From assembly GCA_966211765.1 (NCBI GenBank), contig CBIHOV010000011.1:109444-173443 (forward strand): 64,000 nucleotides of DNA. Direction: 5' to 3'. Each line of letters opens with the position of its first letter. Within the stretch, counting starts at the first letter, position 1. Below, piece by piece: positions 24,060-33,710 of the stretch. The translations under genes were made by a program, and so were the position numbers. This DNA is from an uncultured Paraflavitalea sp. Lineage in GTDB: Bacteria > Bacteroidota > Bacteroidia > Chitinophagales > Chitinophagaceae. The notes under the pieces are model-generated. The model had not been told where the DNA came from, made no database searches, and saw nothing but the letters and a program-made list of their open reading frames with translations.

Positions 24060-25532
24060 ATGCCACTACGGCTACCTGCTATTGCACAAAAAGCAATCTG
24101 CTTTTTTGCGCTGCTATGTATTGGTTGTAGTACCTGGTCACAGTGTACACCAGTCAACCTGGAAAAAATAACCCTTCCCTCCAATGAGTGGATAGGCAAT
24201 GGCTATATTAAAGGCCTGCTAAGGTTCCTGCCAGCCGACTATAACTCCAATCCAACAAAGAAATATCCTGTTATCATCTACTTCCATGGCCGACTGGCTG
24301 CCGGCGATGGCTCACAAGATCAGCTTTGCAATATTCTTGGTGATGGTGCGACTGCACTGCCAGGCAAGATAGAATCAAACGAATTCCCTACTACAGTTAC
24401 GGTAAATGGACAAACCCATTCCTACATTGTTCTGATGCCCCAATATGTTGAGTACAGCGAACCTCCCTATTATGCCGATAAGATAGAAGCCTTTATTGAT
24501 TATGCTTTGTCTGCATACCGTATAGATCCTTCCCGGGTTTACCTTACCGGCATGAGCAGTGGGGCCAACCATGTTATAGATTACGTCTCCAGCAGCACCA
24601 ATCGCGCACAGCGCATCGCTGCAGTCTCTTTGAGTTCCATGTGTTGGCGGCTATCTCTCAATCCTGCAGGGCCAGCCAATATTGCCACTGCTGGTTTGCC
24701 CACCTGGTTTGTACATTGTGTGCTCGATAATCCCTGTGTGGTAGCGTGGCCTGATGAATGGGTCAATGCCATCAACAACCAGCCCGGAGCCGTTGCGCCC
24801 AGGTATTCCAGGCTTGATCCAACACCCAATCCTCAGCCATTCCCATTTCCCGTATCACAGCAGCTGTTGTATTGCCGGCCTTTTCCACATGATACCTGGT
24901 CGGCTTTGTATAGCCCCTTGTTTACCCCTGCAAGTGGTCCCAACCTGGCTAATTGGTTCCTTCAGTTTAGCCGCCTCACCCTGCCTGTACGCCTCAAAAA
25001 TTTTACAGCCAGGTTAACAGCAGGTAAAGTACACCTGCAATGGACCACTACTTCTGAAACCGGCAATGAATCCTTTACTATAGAACGTGCTGGTCCTGAT
25101 GGCCGATTTACGTCATTGGCCACCTTACAGGGTAGCGGAAATTCAGGAATAGATAAACAATATGACTATAGCGATGAAAAGCCTTTGCCTCAGCTCAGCT
25201 ATTACAGACTGGTGCAAACTGATATCGATGGCGATAAGCAATACCTGGGTACCAAAACAATAGTGAACCGCCAGGGTCTCCGGCAACTCATCCTCCCGGC
25301 GGCCAATCCATTTACCAATAATATAGTGGCCTATATCAATGTAGATAAAACACAGAAAGTGATCGTGGAAGTTACAGATATGAGTGGTAGGAAACTAGCT
25401 GGTCTTAGTGGCGTGTATGCACCCGGTGCTACAGAGATTAATCTTTCGGCAACACAGCTACCCAAAGGTATTTATTACCTAAGGGCCCACAGTGAATCAA
25501 TAACCGAAACCTATAAGATCATCAAACAATAA
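24060..25532 (+). CDS. secreted alpha/beta-hydrolase (PHB-depolymerase/esterase-like) with T9SS C-terminal sorting domain
   Basis: Signal peptide, nucleophile elbow LTGMSSGAN, and a Por-type tail ending ...LPKGIYYLRAHSESITETYKIIKQ. Confidence 0.7.
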   Translation: MPLRLPAIAQKAICFFALLCIGCSTWSQCTPVNLEKITLPSNEWIGNGYIKGLLRFLPADYNSNPTKKYPVIIYFHGRLAAGDGSQDQLCNILGDGATALPGKIESNEFPTTVTVNGQTHSYIVLMPQYVEYSEPPYYADKIEAFIDYALSAYRIDPSRVYLTGMSSGANHVIDYVSSSTNRAQRIAAVSLSSMCWRLSLNPAGPANIATAGLPTWFVHCVLDNPCVVAWPDEWVNAINNQPGAVAPRYSRLDPTPNPQPFPFPVSQQLLYCRPFPHDTWSALYSPLFTPASGPNLANWFLQFSRLTLPVRLKNFTARLTAGKVHLQWTTTSETGNESFTIERAGPDGRFTSLATLQGSGNSGIDKQYDYSDEKPLPQLSYYRLVQTDIDGDKQYLGTKTIVNRQGLRQLILPAANPFTNNIVAYINVDKTQKVIVEVTDMSGRKLAGLSGVYAPGATEINLSATQLPKGIYYLRAHSESITETYKIIKQ

Positions 25533-25588
25533 GTAAACATTTTTAATAATTATTTAGTTAATCAACAACCTGTAAAAACAACCTGCTT

Positions 25589-27082
25589 ATGCGCCTGTTT
25601 GTACGCTCTGCTGTTCGTAGTGCCTTCTATTTTTTTGTGCTTTCCCTATTCTTACTGTACACGCATCAAACCCTGGCCCAGGATTATTGTAACAGCCCCC
25701 GGTGGCCTGGAGATGGCGTACCATTAAAGCAGAAAAAAGTAACCAATGTTAATATCCCCGGCACCAATGATATACACGGTTACCTGGAAAAACTGCCTGA
25801 TGACTATAGTGCCAATCCTGGTAAAAAGTATCCTCTCCTGGTATTCATTCATGGCATCAATGAAGATGGTAGCGGCAATGCCGCCGATCTATGCAAACTC
25901 CTGGCTGAATGGTGGTGGTGCCCTTCTACCCTGGGTGAGCGTGTGACCAATCCAATATTCCCTGCATCCGTTTCAGATCAAAATGCACAACAGCATAAGT
26001 TCATATTGATTAGCCCCCAGATAGTGGAATGGGATAACTTTCCTAATGCAAGCACAACTTTGAATGCTCTGTTTGATTATCTCATTGCCAAATACCGCGT
26101 AGATGTTTCCAGAATCTATTTAACCGGTATGAGCGCCGGTGCCAACTTTGTTCAAACCTATGCGGGCTCTAGCCTGGTCAATGCTCGTCGCATTGCCGGC
26201 CTCATCCCCGTAGCCCCTTGTAACACCCTTTCTGCAGCGCAGGCTAATATTATAGCACGCGCTAATTTACCTTTTTGGTCTTTCCAGTGTATCAACGATA
26301 ACATGTGTCCTGGAGCTACTGCAATGACCAATGCCAATCTCATTAATAGCCAAAGCCCGGCCACCACTGTTCCAGCCAAGCATACTACCTTCCCTGTGCC
26401 TGGTCAGGATTGTAATTCAGGTCTGGCCCACGACGTGTGGGGCTATGCATACAATCCTGCCTTTAAACAGGTGGTAAATGGGAGAACCGTTAATTCATAC
26501 GAGTGGATGGTACAGTACAACCGTTCCTCTTTGCTGCCCGTCGCATTGGAAGATTATACTGTAGCCCTCAAAGGCGCAAAAGTACAGGTGCGTTGGACCA
26601 CCTCTGCCGAAAGCAATAACGCCCGTTTCAACATTGAGCGTTCTGCCGATGGTAAGAATTTCACAGAAGTAGCGGCCATACCTGCTACCGGTAATTCTAC
26701 AGGCAAGGCATATGAGTGGACAGACGAACGCCCCCTTACCAACCTCAGCTATTACAGGCTCACACAAACTGACCTCGACGGGCGCAAAGAGATCTTCTCC
26801 ATGAAGAAAATAATGAACCGTGTTGCAGGAGATCGTTCCATCATTGTGGCTCCCAATCCATTTGTGAATGAACTGACAGCTTTTGTAAACGTGCCCCATA
26901 TACAACATGTTAACATCACTGTTACTGACATTAGTGGTCGTGTGCTCAAAACACTCAATGGAAAATATGCAGAAGGTGCGGCAGAGATCAATATAAAAAC
27001 CACCGATCTTCCCAATGGCATTTACTTCCTGAAAATTAAAGGAGAGAATTTTGCCCAAACCCAAAAGATTGTAAAACAATAA
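25589..27082 (+). CDS. secreted alpha/beta-hydrolase (esterase-like) with T9SS C-terminal sorting domain; tandem paralog
   Basis: Same architecture as the preceding gene: YPLLVFIHG, LTGMSAGANF, and the tail ...LPNGIYFLKIKGENFAQTQKIVKQ. Confidence 0.7.
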   Translation: MRLFVRSAVRSAFYFFVLSLFLLYTHQTLAQDYCNSPRWPGDGVPLKQKKVTNVNIPGTNDIHGYLEKLPDDYSANPGKKYPLLVFIHGINEDGSGNAADLCKLLAEWWWCPSTLGERVTNPIFPASVSDQNAQQHKFILISPQIVEWDNFPNASTTLNALFDYLIAKYRVDVSRIYLTGMSAGANFVQTYAGSSLVNARRIAGLIPVAPCNTLSAAQANIIARANLPFWSFQCINDNMCPGATAMTNANLINSQSPATTVPAKHTTFPVPGQDCNSGLAHDVWGYAYNPAFKQVVNGRTVNSYEWMVQYNRSSLLPVALEDYTVALKGAKVQVRWTTSAESNNARFNIERSADGKNFTEVAAIPATGNSTGKAYEWTDERPLTNLSYYRLTQTDLDGRKEIFSMKKIMNRVAGDRSIIVAPNPFVNELTAFVNVPHIQHVNITVTDISGRVLKTLNGKYAEGAAEINIKTTDLPNGIYFLKIKGENFAQTQKIVKQ

Positions 27083-27107
27083 GAAATAGTCTTACGCACT
27101 ATAGAGC

Positions 27108-27139
27108 AGACAGGGCGACCTTCCAAGGCCGCCCTGTCT
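27108..27139. terminator. terminator between convergent esterase and glycosyltransferase genes
   Basis: AGACAGGGCG (27108-27117) / CGCCCTGTCT (27130-27139) form a perfect 10-bp stem followed by ATTTTAT. Confidence 0.75.
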
Positions 27140-27177
27140 ATTTTATATATACCAACCCAAATTCGTAGCAAAAGCAT

Positions 27178-28314
27178 TCACGACTGCCGATTGCCGACTG
27201 CCGATTGCCTTAACCCCTCCACAAACTCACGCACCACCTCCTTATATCCATTCATCGGCAGATCGGGTATTTTATAGGTAAAGGTTCCAGCTTCCTTCAC
27301 TGCCTGGTCAAGTTGAAAACCTTTCTGTGGCAGTGTATACGCCCATTGTTGTTGCAATAAATGTTTCGCCAGGTACTCCTGCTCCGCTTGTCCCGGTGTA
27401 GGTACCAGGATCGATTTCTTCTGCATGGAAAACAGGTCCATCACAGTGGTGTAACCACAGCGGCTGATCACCAGCTCCGCATCACAGATCAGCGACTGCA
27501 AGGTTTGCGTAGAAGCATGATTCAGCAGCCTGCAATGATCCGGGGCAGCAGGTAAAGTGGTAGAAAGGGGAAGCCCCCTTACCATTACCACCGGTGCGGC
27601 ATAATGTGTTATCTGTTCCAGTAATAGCTGCTCAAAAATACTGCGTAGTGGTTCCGGCCCCGATAGAATAATTAATAATCCAGCCTTACCTGGCCCCGGG
27701 CAGGCGGCCAGTCGCGATAGTGCCCCCATGTACCGCACGGGCAGGGCAGGCATTTGCGGGGAGTGGGAAAGTGCGCCTGATAAAGAGGGTTCTCCTGCTT
27801 TGTCGGGCACCCAACAGGTAGTGAAGCGTTCCACCAGACCATAATTCCATCGGCGTACAATGGAATCAGCCCATTTACCCAAACCTGTTTTGATCTCTAA
27901 TTGATGCGTAATAAACACAGCAGGAACACCTGCTGCATGAAGCCCAAAACGATTGTCCGAAATAATGGCATCCACCCGTTGTGTTGTCAAAAAAGACCTT
28001 AACCAGCGTTTTTCTCGCTTGATCCGGATCAAAATTTTGAACGATTGTAGCATTAATTTGGCAAAAGTGCTTCGGCGACTTTTACCATAACGAATATTGT
28101 ATCCGGCTAAATGGGTATAGCCAACGGAATCTTCAAATTCCTGCTTAAATAATTCCTTTTGCGTTGAATTACAACCGATAACGACAGCACAACCCTGGTT
28201 TAGCAACTCCCGAATCAGCGGAATACAACGGGTAGTATGCCCCAGCCCCCAGTCCAGTGGGCAAACCAGCACTAAGGGTTTTCGTGTAGAACTGTTAAAA
28301 TTTGAAGATACCAC
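27178..28314 (-). CDS. glycosyltransferase (GT-B fold, MurG/TIGR00661-like)
   Basis: 378 aa. WGLGHTTRCIPLIRELLNQG is typical of the GT28/GT1-like family that includes TIGR00661. The last 10 codons are built from heptamer array H3. Confidence 0.7.
   Translation of the reverse strand: MVSSNFNSSTRKPLVLVCPLDWGLGHTTRCIPLIRELLNQGCAVVIGCNSTQKELFKQEFEDSVGYTHLAGYNIRYGKSRRSTFAKLMLQSFKILIRIKREKRWLRSFLTTQRVDAIISDNRFGLHAAGVPAVFITHQLEIKTGLGKWADSIVRRWNYGLVERFTTCWVPDKAGEPSLSGALSHSPQMPALPVRYMGALSRLAACPGPGKAGLLIILSGPEPLRSIFEQLLLEQITHYAAPVVMVRGLPLSTTLPAAPDHCRLLNHASTQTLQSLICDAELVISRCGYTTVMDLFSMQKKSILVPTPGQAEQEYLAKHLLQQQWAYTLPQKGFQLDQAVKEAGTFTYKIPDLPMNGYKEVVREFVEGLRQSAVGNRQS
27181..27210. repeat. phased heptamer array H3
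   Basis: (C)GACT GCCGATT GCCGACT GCCGATT GCCT in a 7-nt register, overlapping the 3' end and stop of the glycosyltransferase gene. The same word GCCGATTGCC recurs at 39397-39406. Confidence 0.6.
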
Positions 28315-28327
28315 CGCCCTTAAATAA

Positions 28328-28335
28328 TAATTTTG
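28328..28335 (+). promoter_or_regulatory. -7 promoter box of the small two-gene unit
   Basis: TAATTTTG (TAnnTTTG), 33 nt before the ATG at 28369. Confidence 0.4.
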
Positions 28336-28368
28336 TGTGTAAAATAGTTTAATTTAGTAAAGAACAGT

Positions 28369-28509
28369 ATGAAGAAGATTAAATATCAATTGGTTTTGTT
28401 GGCCATCGTGATGAGTGTACTAATGACTGCTTGTAGCTCCGGAAGAGGTATGGGTGGCTCGTCGAAGAAATGTGGATGCGGCCTGAACAAAGGATTTGTT
28501 GGCTATTAA
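28369..28509 (+). CDS. 46-aa Cys-rich small lipoprotein (not in the supplied ORF track, below its size cutoff)
   Basis: Own translation: MKKIKYQLVLLAIVMSVLMTACSSGRGMGGSSKKCGCGLNKGFVGY. It has a signal peptide with the lipobox LMTAC. The mature part is 25 aa with 3 Cys. Confidence 0.4.
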   Translation: MKKIKYQLVLLAIVMSVLMTACSSGRGMGGSSKKCGCGLNKGFVGY

Positions 28510-28523
28510 TATCCTGATAGAAA

Positions 28524-28772
28524 ATGAAAACGCCCAATCGCGATTTGCTTGTCCTCATGAAGGATGAAGGTCTTGACAAGGATGCTATGGAGAATGAACT
28601 GGAACAGTTAAACCAGTTATTACTCTACTTTGAAACCATGGATAATTTTTGCATGGCTCATGAGGTATTTGATATGAACAAATACAAGATCATCCACCAA
28701 CCCCGGGTTATTCAGAAAATAATCAACCAACCTGAGTTGAAACCGTTTGTATTTATTTGTAACAAGAATTAG
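28524..28772 (+). CDS. hypothetical 82-aa acidic protein
   Basis: The ORF starts 14 nt after the small lipoprotein stop and is followed by a clean terminator. I recognise no family. Confidence 0.4.
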   Translation: MKTPNRDLLVLMKDEGLDKDAMENELEQLNQLLLYFETMDNFCMAHEVFDMNKYKIIHQPRVIQKIINQPELKPFVFICNKN

Positions 28773-28800
28773 AAACCGACACATAATAACATTGAAGAAG

Positions 28801-28827
28801 GATGACTGAATAAGTCATCTTTTTTTT
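28801..28827 (+). terminator. terminator of the small two-gene unit
   Basis: GATGACT-GAATA-AGTCATC followed by T8. Confidence 0.75.
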
Positions 28828-28868
28828 ATGCCCTGCCAGCCATGTAAAGGGTCATATAAAGTCCCGTT

Positions 28869-28890
28869 CCGAACAAGACCCGAACAAGAC
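28869..28890. repeat. 2 x 11-nt tandem repeat
   Basis: CCGAACAAGAC CCGAACAAGAC, followed by the partial unit ACGAA. Confidence 0.8.
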
Positions 28891-28930
28891 ACGAATCAGA
28901 CCAAAACAAAGTGCTTCGATTGGGAAATCA

Positions 28931-29500
28931 TCAAGCCCTTACAAACACCATATGAATGGCCCGCGGTGTCTCTACCACACCCTTGTTGTCAAGCTGAATA
29001 CAAGCTGCATGGACGCCTTCAAACAGTCGCCTGCCGGCGCCCAGTAGAATAGGGGCAATATGAACACGCAGTTCATCAAACAGGCCTGCATTAAGGTATT
29101 GCTGGATCACATGGGCTCCGCCCATCACCCAAATATATTGATCCCCGGCTACTGCCCTGGCCTGGGCAAGCGCACTTTCAATACCTTCCGGTACAAACGT
29201 AAACCCTTCTCTTGGAATAGCAGGAATATGAGTAGTAAGTACAAACGCGGGAACGCCAAAGGGACTAACACCTTCCCAGGCTCCATCAATCGCAGTATGA
29301 TAAGTAGTGCCGCCAACAATAACAGCGCCCGATCCTTTCACCAGATCGTCAAGTACAGCTGCGGCTTCTTCCGTTTTAGCTCCAAACAACCACTCGTGCA
29401 ACCGCTGCCCCTCATCGCCCATAGGATTGGCTTCACTAATATTTGGGCCGGCCACAAAACCGTCCAAAGACATCGTAATGTCTAAAATAATTTTGCCCAT
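28931..29500 (-). CDS. dihydrofolate-reductase-family protein (RibD C-terminal domain type)
   Basis: MGKIILDITMSLDGFVAGPN...GGAHVIQQYLNAGLFDELRVHIAPILLG. I prefer the start at 29500 over the track start at 29593. Confidence 0.75.
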   Translation of the reverse strand: MGKIILDITMSLDGFVAGPNISEANPMGDEGQRLHEWLFGAKTEEAAAVLDDLVKGSGAVIVGGTTYHTAIDGAWEGVSPFGVPAFVLTTHIPAIPREGFTFVPEGIESALAQARAVAGDQYIWVMGGAHVIQQYLNAGLFDELRVHIAPILLGAGRRLFEGVHAACIQLDNKGVVETPRAIHMVFVRA

Positions 29501-29624
29501 AAGTTGTAAGTAAGAGATGAAAATTAGGTATCTAAAATAACTTACCCGGTCTGTGGTACAAACAGGGCCATGGTTATTTAATACCTGCGTCACTCAAACA
29601 CACATCAAATGCCTGGATCTACCG

Positions 29625-30881
29625 TCAGACGAGCTTTTTCAAGGCCGCCCGCAACTGACCGATCATAGCTGGTATTTCTTCCACTTTGCAAGTGCCTACA
29701 CTCAGGCGGTACCAGGGAGAACTGCGGTCTGCGCCAAAAGCATAAAAAGGAACAATGGCCAGTTTGGCCTCATTTAAAAGGTAGGCAGTTACATCGCTCT
29801 GGTCTTTCAGTAAAACGCCATCAGCTGTTTCCTTGCCGGCCAGGTCTATCTTAATCGTCAGGTAAATGGCTGCCTGTGGTGTGATCGCATCCACAGAAAA
29901 GCCCTCGCCTTTCAACTGTTGTAATCCATCATAAATACCACGCAGGCGCGCTTCCACCGCAGCCCTGAACTGCTGGAGGTAAGCGTCGATATCCTCGTGC
30001 ATGTACAGGTATTTCGCTACTGCTTTTTGCTCGGCCATCGGCGCCCAGGCTCCTACATGGCTAAGAATGGCTTTCATTTTATCCATAATGATCCGTGGGC
30101 CAAAAGCCCAGCCTACCCGCACGCCTGTAGCAGCAAACACTTTACTGATAGCGTCAATATAAATAGTGTACGCACGCATTCCCGGCCGCAGGTTTACCGG
30201 ATCATAATGTCTGATAGCGCCAAACGTCAACTGCCAGTACATCTGGTCATACATCACAAATAACTTCTTTTCCTGCTCACCCCTCGCGGCATTTTCCTCA
30301 AGCACCATGTCACAGATCGCTTCCAGATCAGCCTTTGTAAAAGTAGTCCCTGTAGGATTTTGAGGAGAACACAAAGCCAGTAAAGTGGCCCCTTTCAGAT
30401 GGGGGCGTATATGTTCTACAGTAGGCATGAAGTTATTCTCCGAAGTAGCTTCCACCACCACGTGCTCCGCACCTACAAAATGAGTATAATGATTATTATT
30501 CCAGGAAGGCACTGCATAGATCACCTTATCGCCGGCGTCGCACACTGCCCGGAAAAGCGAATAGATCAGCGGCCGGCCACCTGAGGCCACAAGGATTTCC
30601 GGCAAGGCATATTCCAGGCCTTCCCGTTGCTTCAGGAAAGCGGCGATCGCCTCGCGCAGGTCTGTATTGCCTTCTCCAAGTGGGTAATTGGTAAAATGTT
30701 TCCGATAGGCAGTAACGATTTCATCTTCAAGCGCCTGAGGAATGGGAAAGATCGCAGGGTCAAAATCCCCTACGGTAAAATTGTAAATCTTTTCTCCCTG
30801 GCTGATCTTCTCGCGGATCTCTCCGCCTAATTTCACAATCTCCGAACCAATAAGCGTTTCGGACAAATGGCTAAGTTTCAT
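29625..30881 (-). CDS. PLP-dependent aminotransferase, class I/II
   Basis: 418 aa. The PLP-lysine context is DAISKVFAATGVRVGW, and the fold-type I layout is typical. Confidence 0.85.
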   Translation of the reverse strand: MKLSHLSETLIGSEIVKLGGEIREKISQGEKIYNFTVGDFDPAIFPIPQALEDEIVTAYRKHFTNYPLGEGNTDLREAIAAFLKQREGLEYALPEILVASGGRPLIYSLFRAVCDAGDKVIYAVPSWNNNHYTHFVGAEHVVVEATSENNFMPTVEHIRPHLKGATLLALCSPQNPTGTTFTKADLEAICDMVLEENAARGEQEKKLFVMYDQMYWQLTFGAIRHYDPVNLRPGMRAYTIYIDAISKVFAATGVRVGWAFGPRIIMDKMKAILSHVGAWAPMAEQKAVAKYLYMHEDIDAYLQQFRAAVEARLRGIYDGLQQLKGEGFSVDAITPQAAIYLTIKIDLAGKETADGVLLKDQSDVTAYLLNEAKLAIVPFYAFGADRSSPWYRLSVGTCKVEEIPAMIGQLRAALKKLV

Positions 30882-30926
30882 GACTCAAAAATACAGAAAC
30901 CAACCGAAGTAAACAGGACATAAGTC

Positions 30927-32213
30927 CTAATCATACTTCTTCAAAATATTCAATACCTCCGCGTCAACCTTTGTAGCCGTATCACTCAGCGGCTTACCAA
31001 AATACTTCGTTTCATATTCATTCCGGTATACCCCACTTGCCTGTTTCTGTGCAAACCGTTCTTTGTCCATGCCCACATACAAGGAATACCCTGCTGCAAA
31101 CAGCCCCAATGCCAGGTAACCTGCCAGGTATACCCGGCTAAGCCCCTTCAGCCAGCCCTTACTGTTAAAAGGCGTTTGTAAGATCACCACTACCAGCAAA
31201 GGAAGCACCGGCACCCAGAAACGGGGATCATAATAGGGCCAGTTCATAATGATCACTGAATAAAACACCAGGTACATCCTGATATAAAAAGGAATACGGC
31301 TCCGTTTTGAGAAAGTATTATACATCAGCCACGCAAAAATGATGACCCCCAGCGCTACAAATAGGCCTTTACCCATTGAGGCCGGCAAATAACCCATCAG
31401 CTTGCTCGATGGCATATTAAAAAACACTTCCGTCAGTTCCGTAAAGTGGTTCTTGAGATTCTCTCCAATAAAATTACCGACCCCTTTTTCAAGCGGTCCT
31501 TTCAGCAGGTTTGTGTAATCCGTGATCTTTAGTTTGCTTGCCGAAAAAATGATGCCGGCAATGCCAATGGCCACAACAGCCAGCAACAATACCTTGTTCT
31601 TTTGCACAATACGCTTCAGTTCATTCTTGTATTGCCAGGCCACGCCCAGCACCAGCGCAGGCAACAAAGAAATGCCCACCGTACGGGTAAGTACTGTCAG
31701 GATGCAGAACAGGAAGGCCAGGCTCAGTTGTAAATAGCTTTTCTTTTTCGTGTAGAGATGGAAACAATACAGACTGGCGCAGGAGAAAAAAATGTATTGC
31801 ATCTCAGAAAGCGGATGCGTCACAAACTTGATCACTGTCCAGTTGAACAAGGCCAGCACACCAAAAATAAACGGATGTACCTGTCCCGCGAAAATCTTGT
31901 ATACAAAATACAGTCCCGCAAATACAAACACACAATTCACAAATACAATAGAAAAAGAATTCAATACCCCCAGCTTGGAAAGGCCGATCAGCAGGCCCGT
32001 ATATCCATAAGGAAGATAATCTGTTGCCGCAAAAGAACCCGGCGCGCAGCCATATTCAATACAGTCCTTGATATTGTAATAACGGATAGAGTCAAAGTGA
32101 ATATGCAGCGGCGTAAAACAGCCCGCCAGGTATACCAGCGCCATCGCAAACATGGCCAGCTTAAACAAGTTCGTCAGCGTAGCATTCAGCGGGTAGTAAG
32201 TAGGTTGCACCAT
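30927..32213 (-). CDS. polytopic membrane protein, candidate GT-C (ArnT/PMT-like) glycosyltransferase
   Basis: About 429 aa with at least 10 hydrophobic helices. It is the last gene of a unit that begins with a GT2 polyprenyl-phosphate glycosyltransferase. The start is taken at 32213 (MVQPTYY), 13 nt after the methyltransferase stop. Confidence 0.5.
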   Translation of the reverse strand: MVQPTYYPLNATLTNLFKLAMFAMALVYLAGCFTPLHIHFDSIRYYNIKDCIEYGCAPGSFAATDYLPYGYTGLLIGLSKLGVLNSFSIVFVNCVFVFAGLYFVYKIFAGQVHPFIFGVLALFNWTVIKFVTHPLSEMQYIFFSCASLYCFHLYTKKKSYLQLSLAFLFCILTVLTRTVGISLLPALVLGVAWQYKNELKRIVQKNKVLLLAVVAIGIAGIIFSASKLKITDYTNLLKGPLEKGVGNFIGENLKNHFTELTEVFFNMPSSKLMGYLPASMGKGLFVALGVIIFAWLMYNTFSKRSRIPFYIRMYLVFYSVIIMNWPYYDPRFWVPVLPLLVVVILQTPFNSKGWLKGLSRVYLAGYLALGLFAAGYSLYVGMDKERFAQKQASGVYRNEYETKYFGKPLSDTATKVDAEVLNILKKYD

Positions 32214-32226
32214 AATAAACACATGT

Positions 32227-32970
32227 TTAGTGGGGTTTGCGGCCAACAGCAATCGTCGATAAACCGATCGAATGGAAAGTGATACTATCAGCAAGTTTTA
32301 GGATCGGAATCAATTTGTCAAAAACCATTAATTGCCGCCTGGGAATAAGATGCCGTCTCAACACACTGCCATTAATAAACCATCCAGGGATACCAGCAAC
32401 ATTAAAATATTGCTGGTGGATCACTTCAAGTCCTGCTTTCTTTTCCAATGCACGAAGCGAACGTCCTGTGTATCGTTTATAATGCCCCAGTTCCTTGTCA
32501 AACGAATTATACAAGACCTGGAAGGCAGGAACCAATACCACTAAGTGGCCTCCTGGCTTCAGCAGCTCCATACAATGCTGCACAGCTTTTATATCATCTT
32601 CAATATGCTCTATCACATTTAAGGCTACAACCGTATCAAACTGTTGCAGTAAATGGCTGTATCGTTGTGTGAAACCGGGCGCCGCCAGGTCGATAGACGT
32701 CACCCCTGCCAAATGAGGATTACTGCCAAATTGCTGTAGTACATAATTGCAATACGCCTCGCGCAGGTCACTCGTCGTAAGCTGGATATCACTTTCCAGG
32801 AATAACCTCGAAATATTTCCAATGCCACTGCCCACTTCCAGTACATGCCCTTTACAATAAGGGCGGATCGTATCAAATAACCAGCGGTTGAAACGCGTAG
32901 CCGCCGCAAATCGTTCTAATGTTTGTAGTCCCGTGGGGTCAGTCTCATGGAAATGGTCCGGCTCCGTCAT
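32227..32970 (-). CDS. class I SAM-dependent methyltransferase
   Basis: Motif I is [10 protein letters not shown], with a later ALNVIEHI block. Its ATG overlaps the GT2 stop (ATGA). Confidence 0.85.
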   Translation of the reverse strand: MTEPDHFHETDPTGLQTLERFAAATRFNRWLFDTIRPYCKGHVLEVGSGIGNISRLFLESDIQLTTSDLREAYCNYVLQQFGSNPHLAGVTSIDLAAPGFTQRYSHLLQQFDTVVALNVIEHIEDDIKAVQHCMELLKPGGHLVVLVPAFQVLYNSFDKELGHYKRYTGRSLRALEKKAGLEVIHQQYFNVAGIPGWFINGSVLRRHLIPRRQLMVFDKLIPILKLADSITFHSIGLSTIAVGRKPH

Positions 32971-33710
32971 CGACTAAAGATGTTGTACTTTAGAATACAA
33001 TAAATAGCCCTGAAACCGTCCTTCCAATTGATCTTCTTACCTTCCGCATAAGTACGGCCATAATAAGAGATACCTACTTCATAGATCCGGATATCCTTTA
33101 CGCGCGCTATCTTGGCCGTTACCTCAGGTTCAAATCCAAAGCGCTTTTCCTTTAATTCTATGTTTTGAATAACCGGTGTACGGAACAGCTTATAACAAGT
33201 TTCCATATCCGTCAGGTTGAGGTTCGTAAACATATTAGAGGCCGTCGTCAGCATCTTATTACCCAGTGAGTGCCAGAAAAACAAGATACGGTGGGCATTG
33301 CCACCCAAAAAGCGCGATCCGAATACCACATCAGCATGTCCCTTCAGGATGGGCTTAATAAGATCATTGAACTCCTCGGGGTCATATTCCAGATCGGCAT
33401 CCTGGATCACTGTATAATCGCCGGTAGCTTTTTTAATACCTGTATGCAGCGCGGCGCCCTTTCCCTGGTTCACCTCGTGTTTGTAGTATTGAATATTCAG
33501 TGCAGGATTCTCAGCCTTGTATTTAAGAATGGCTTCTTCCGTGTTGTCCTTTGAACAATCATTCACAATGATTATTTCCTTCTGAATATTGTTCAGAAGC
33601 TTCACTTCGGCAATCCGGTCCAGGATCAGGTGAATGGTCGGACCTTCATTGTATGCCGGGATTACAATAGAGAGTTTGTTAAATGGATGCATGTTGGTTG
33701 AAACGTTCAT
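32967..33710 (-). CDS. GT2 glycosyltransferase (polyprenyl-phosphate sugar transferase, DPM1/ArnC/GtrB-like)
   Basis: [16 protein letters not shown] and QDADLEYD (DxD) motifs. An alternative start lies at 33692. Confidence 0.85.
   Translation of the reverse strand: MNVSTNMHPFNKLSIVIPAYNEGPTIHLILDRIAEVKLLNNIQKEIIIVNDCSKDNTEEAILKYKAENPALNIQYYKHEVNQGKGAALHTGIKKATGDYTVIQDADLEYDPEEFNDLIKPILKGHADVVFGSRFLGGNAHRILFFWHSLGNKMLTTASNMFTNLNLTDMETCYKLFRTPVIQNIELKEKRFGFEPEVTAKIARVKDIRIYEVGISYYGRTYAEGKKINWKDGFRAIYCILKYNIFSR

Noticed and set aside
28379-28579. A 66-aa minus-strand ORF from the track.
   Set aside because: It overlaps the plus-strand small lipoprotein ORF and the start of the 82-aa ORF. Those have a promoter box, a signal peptide with lipobox and a terminator, whereas the minus ORF has none.
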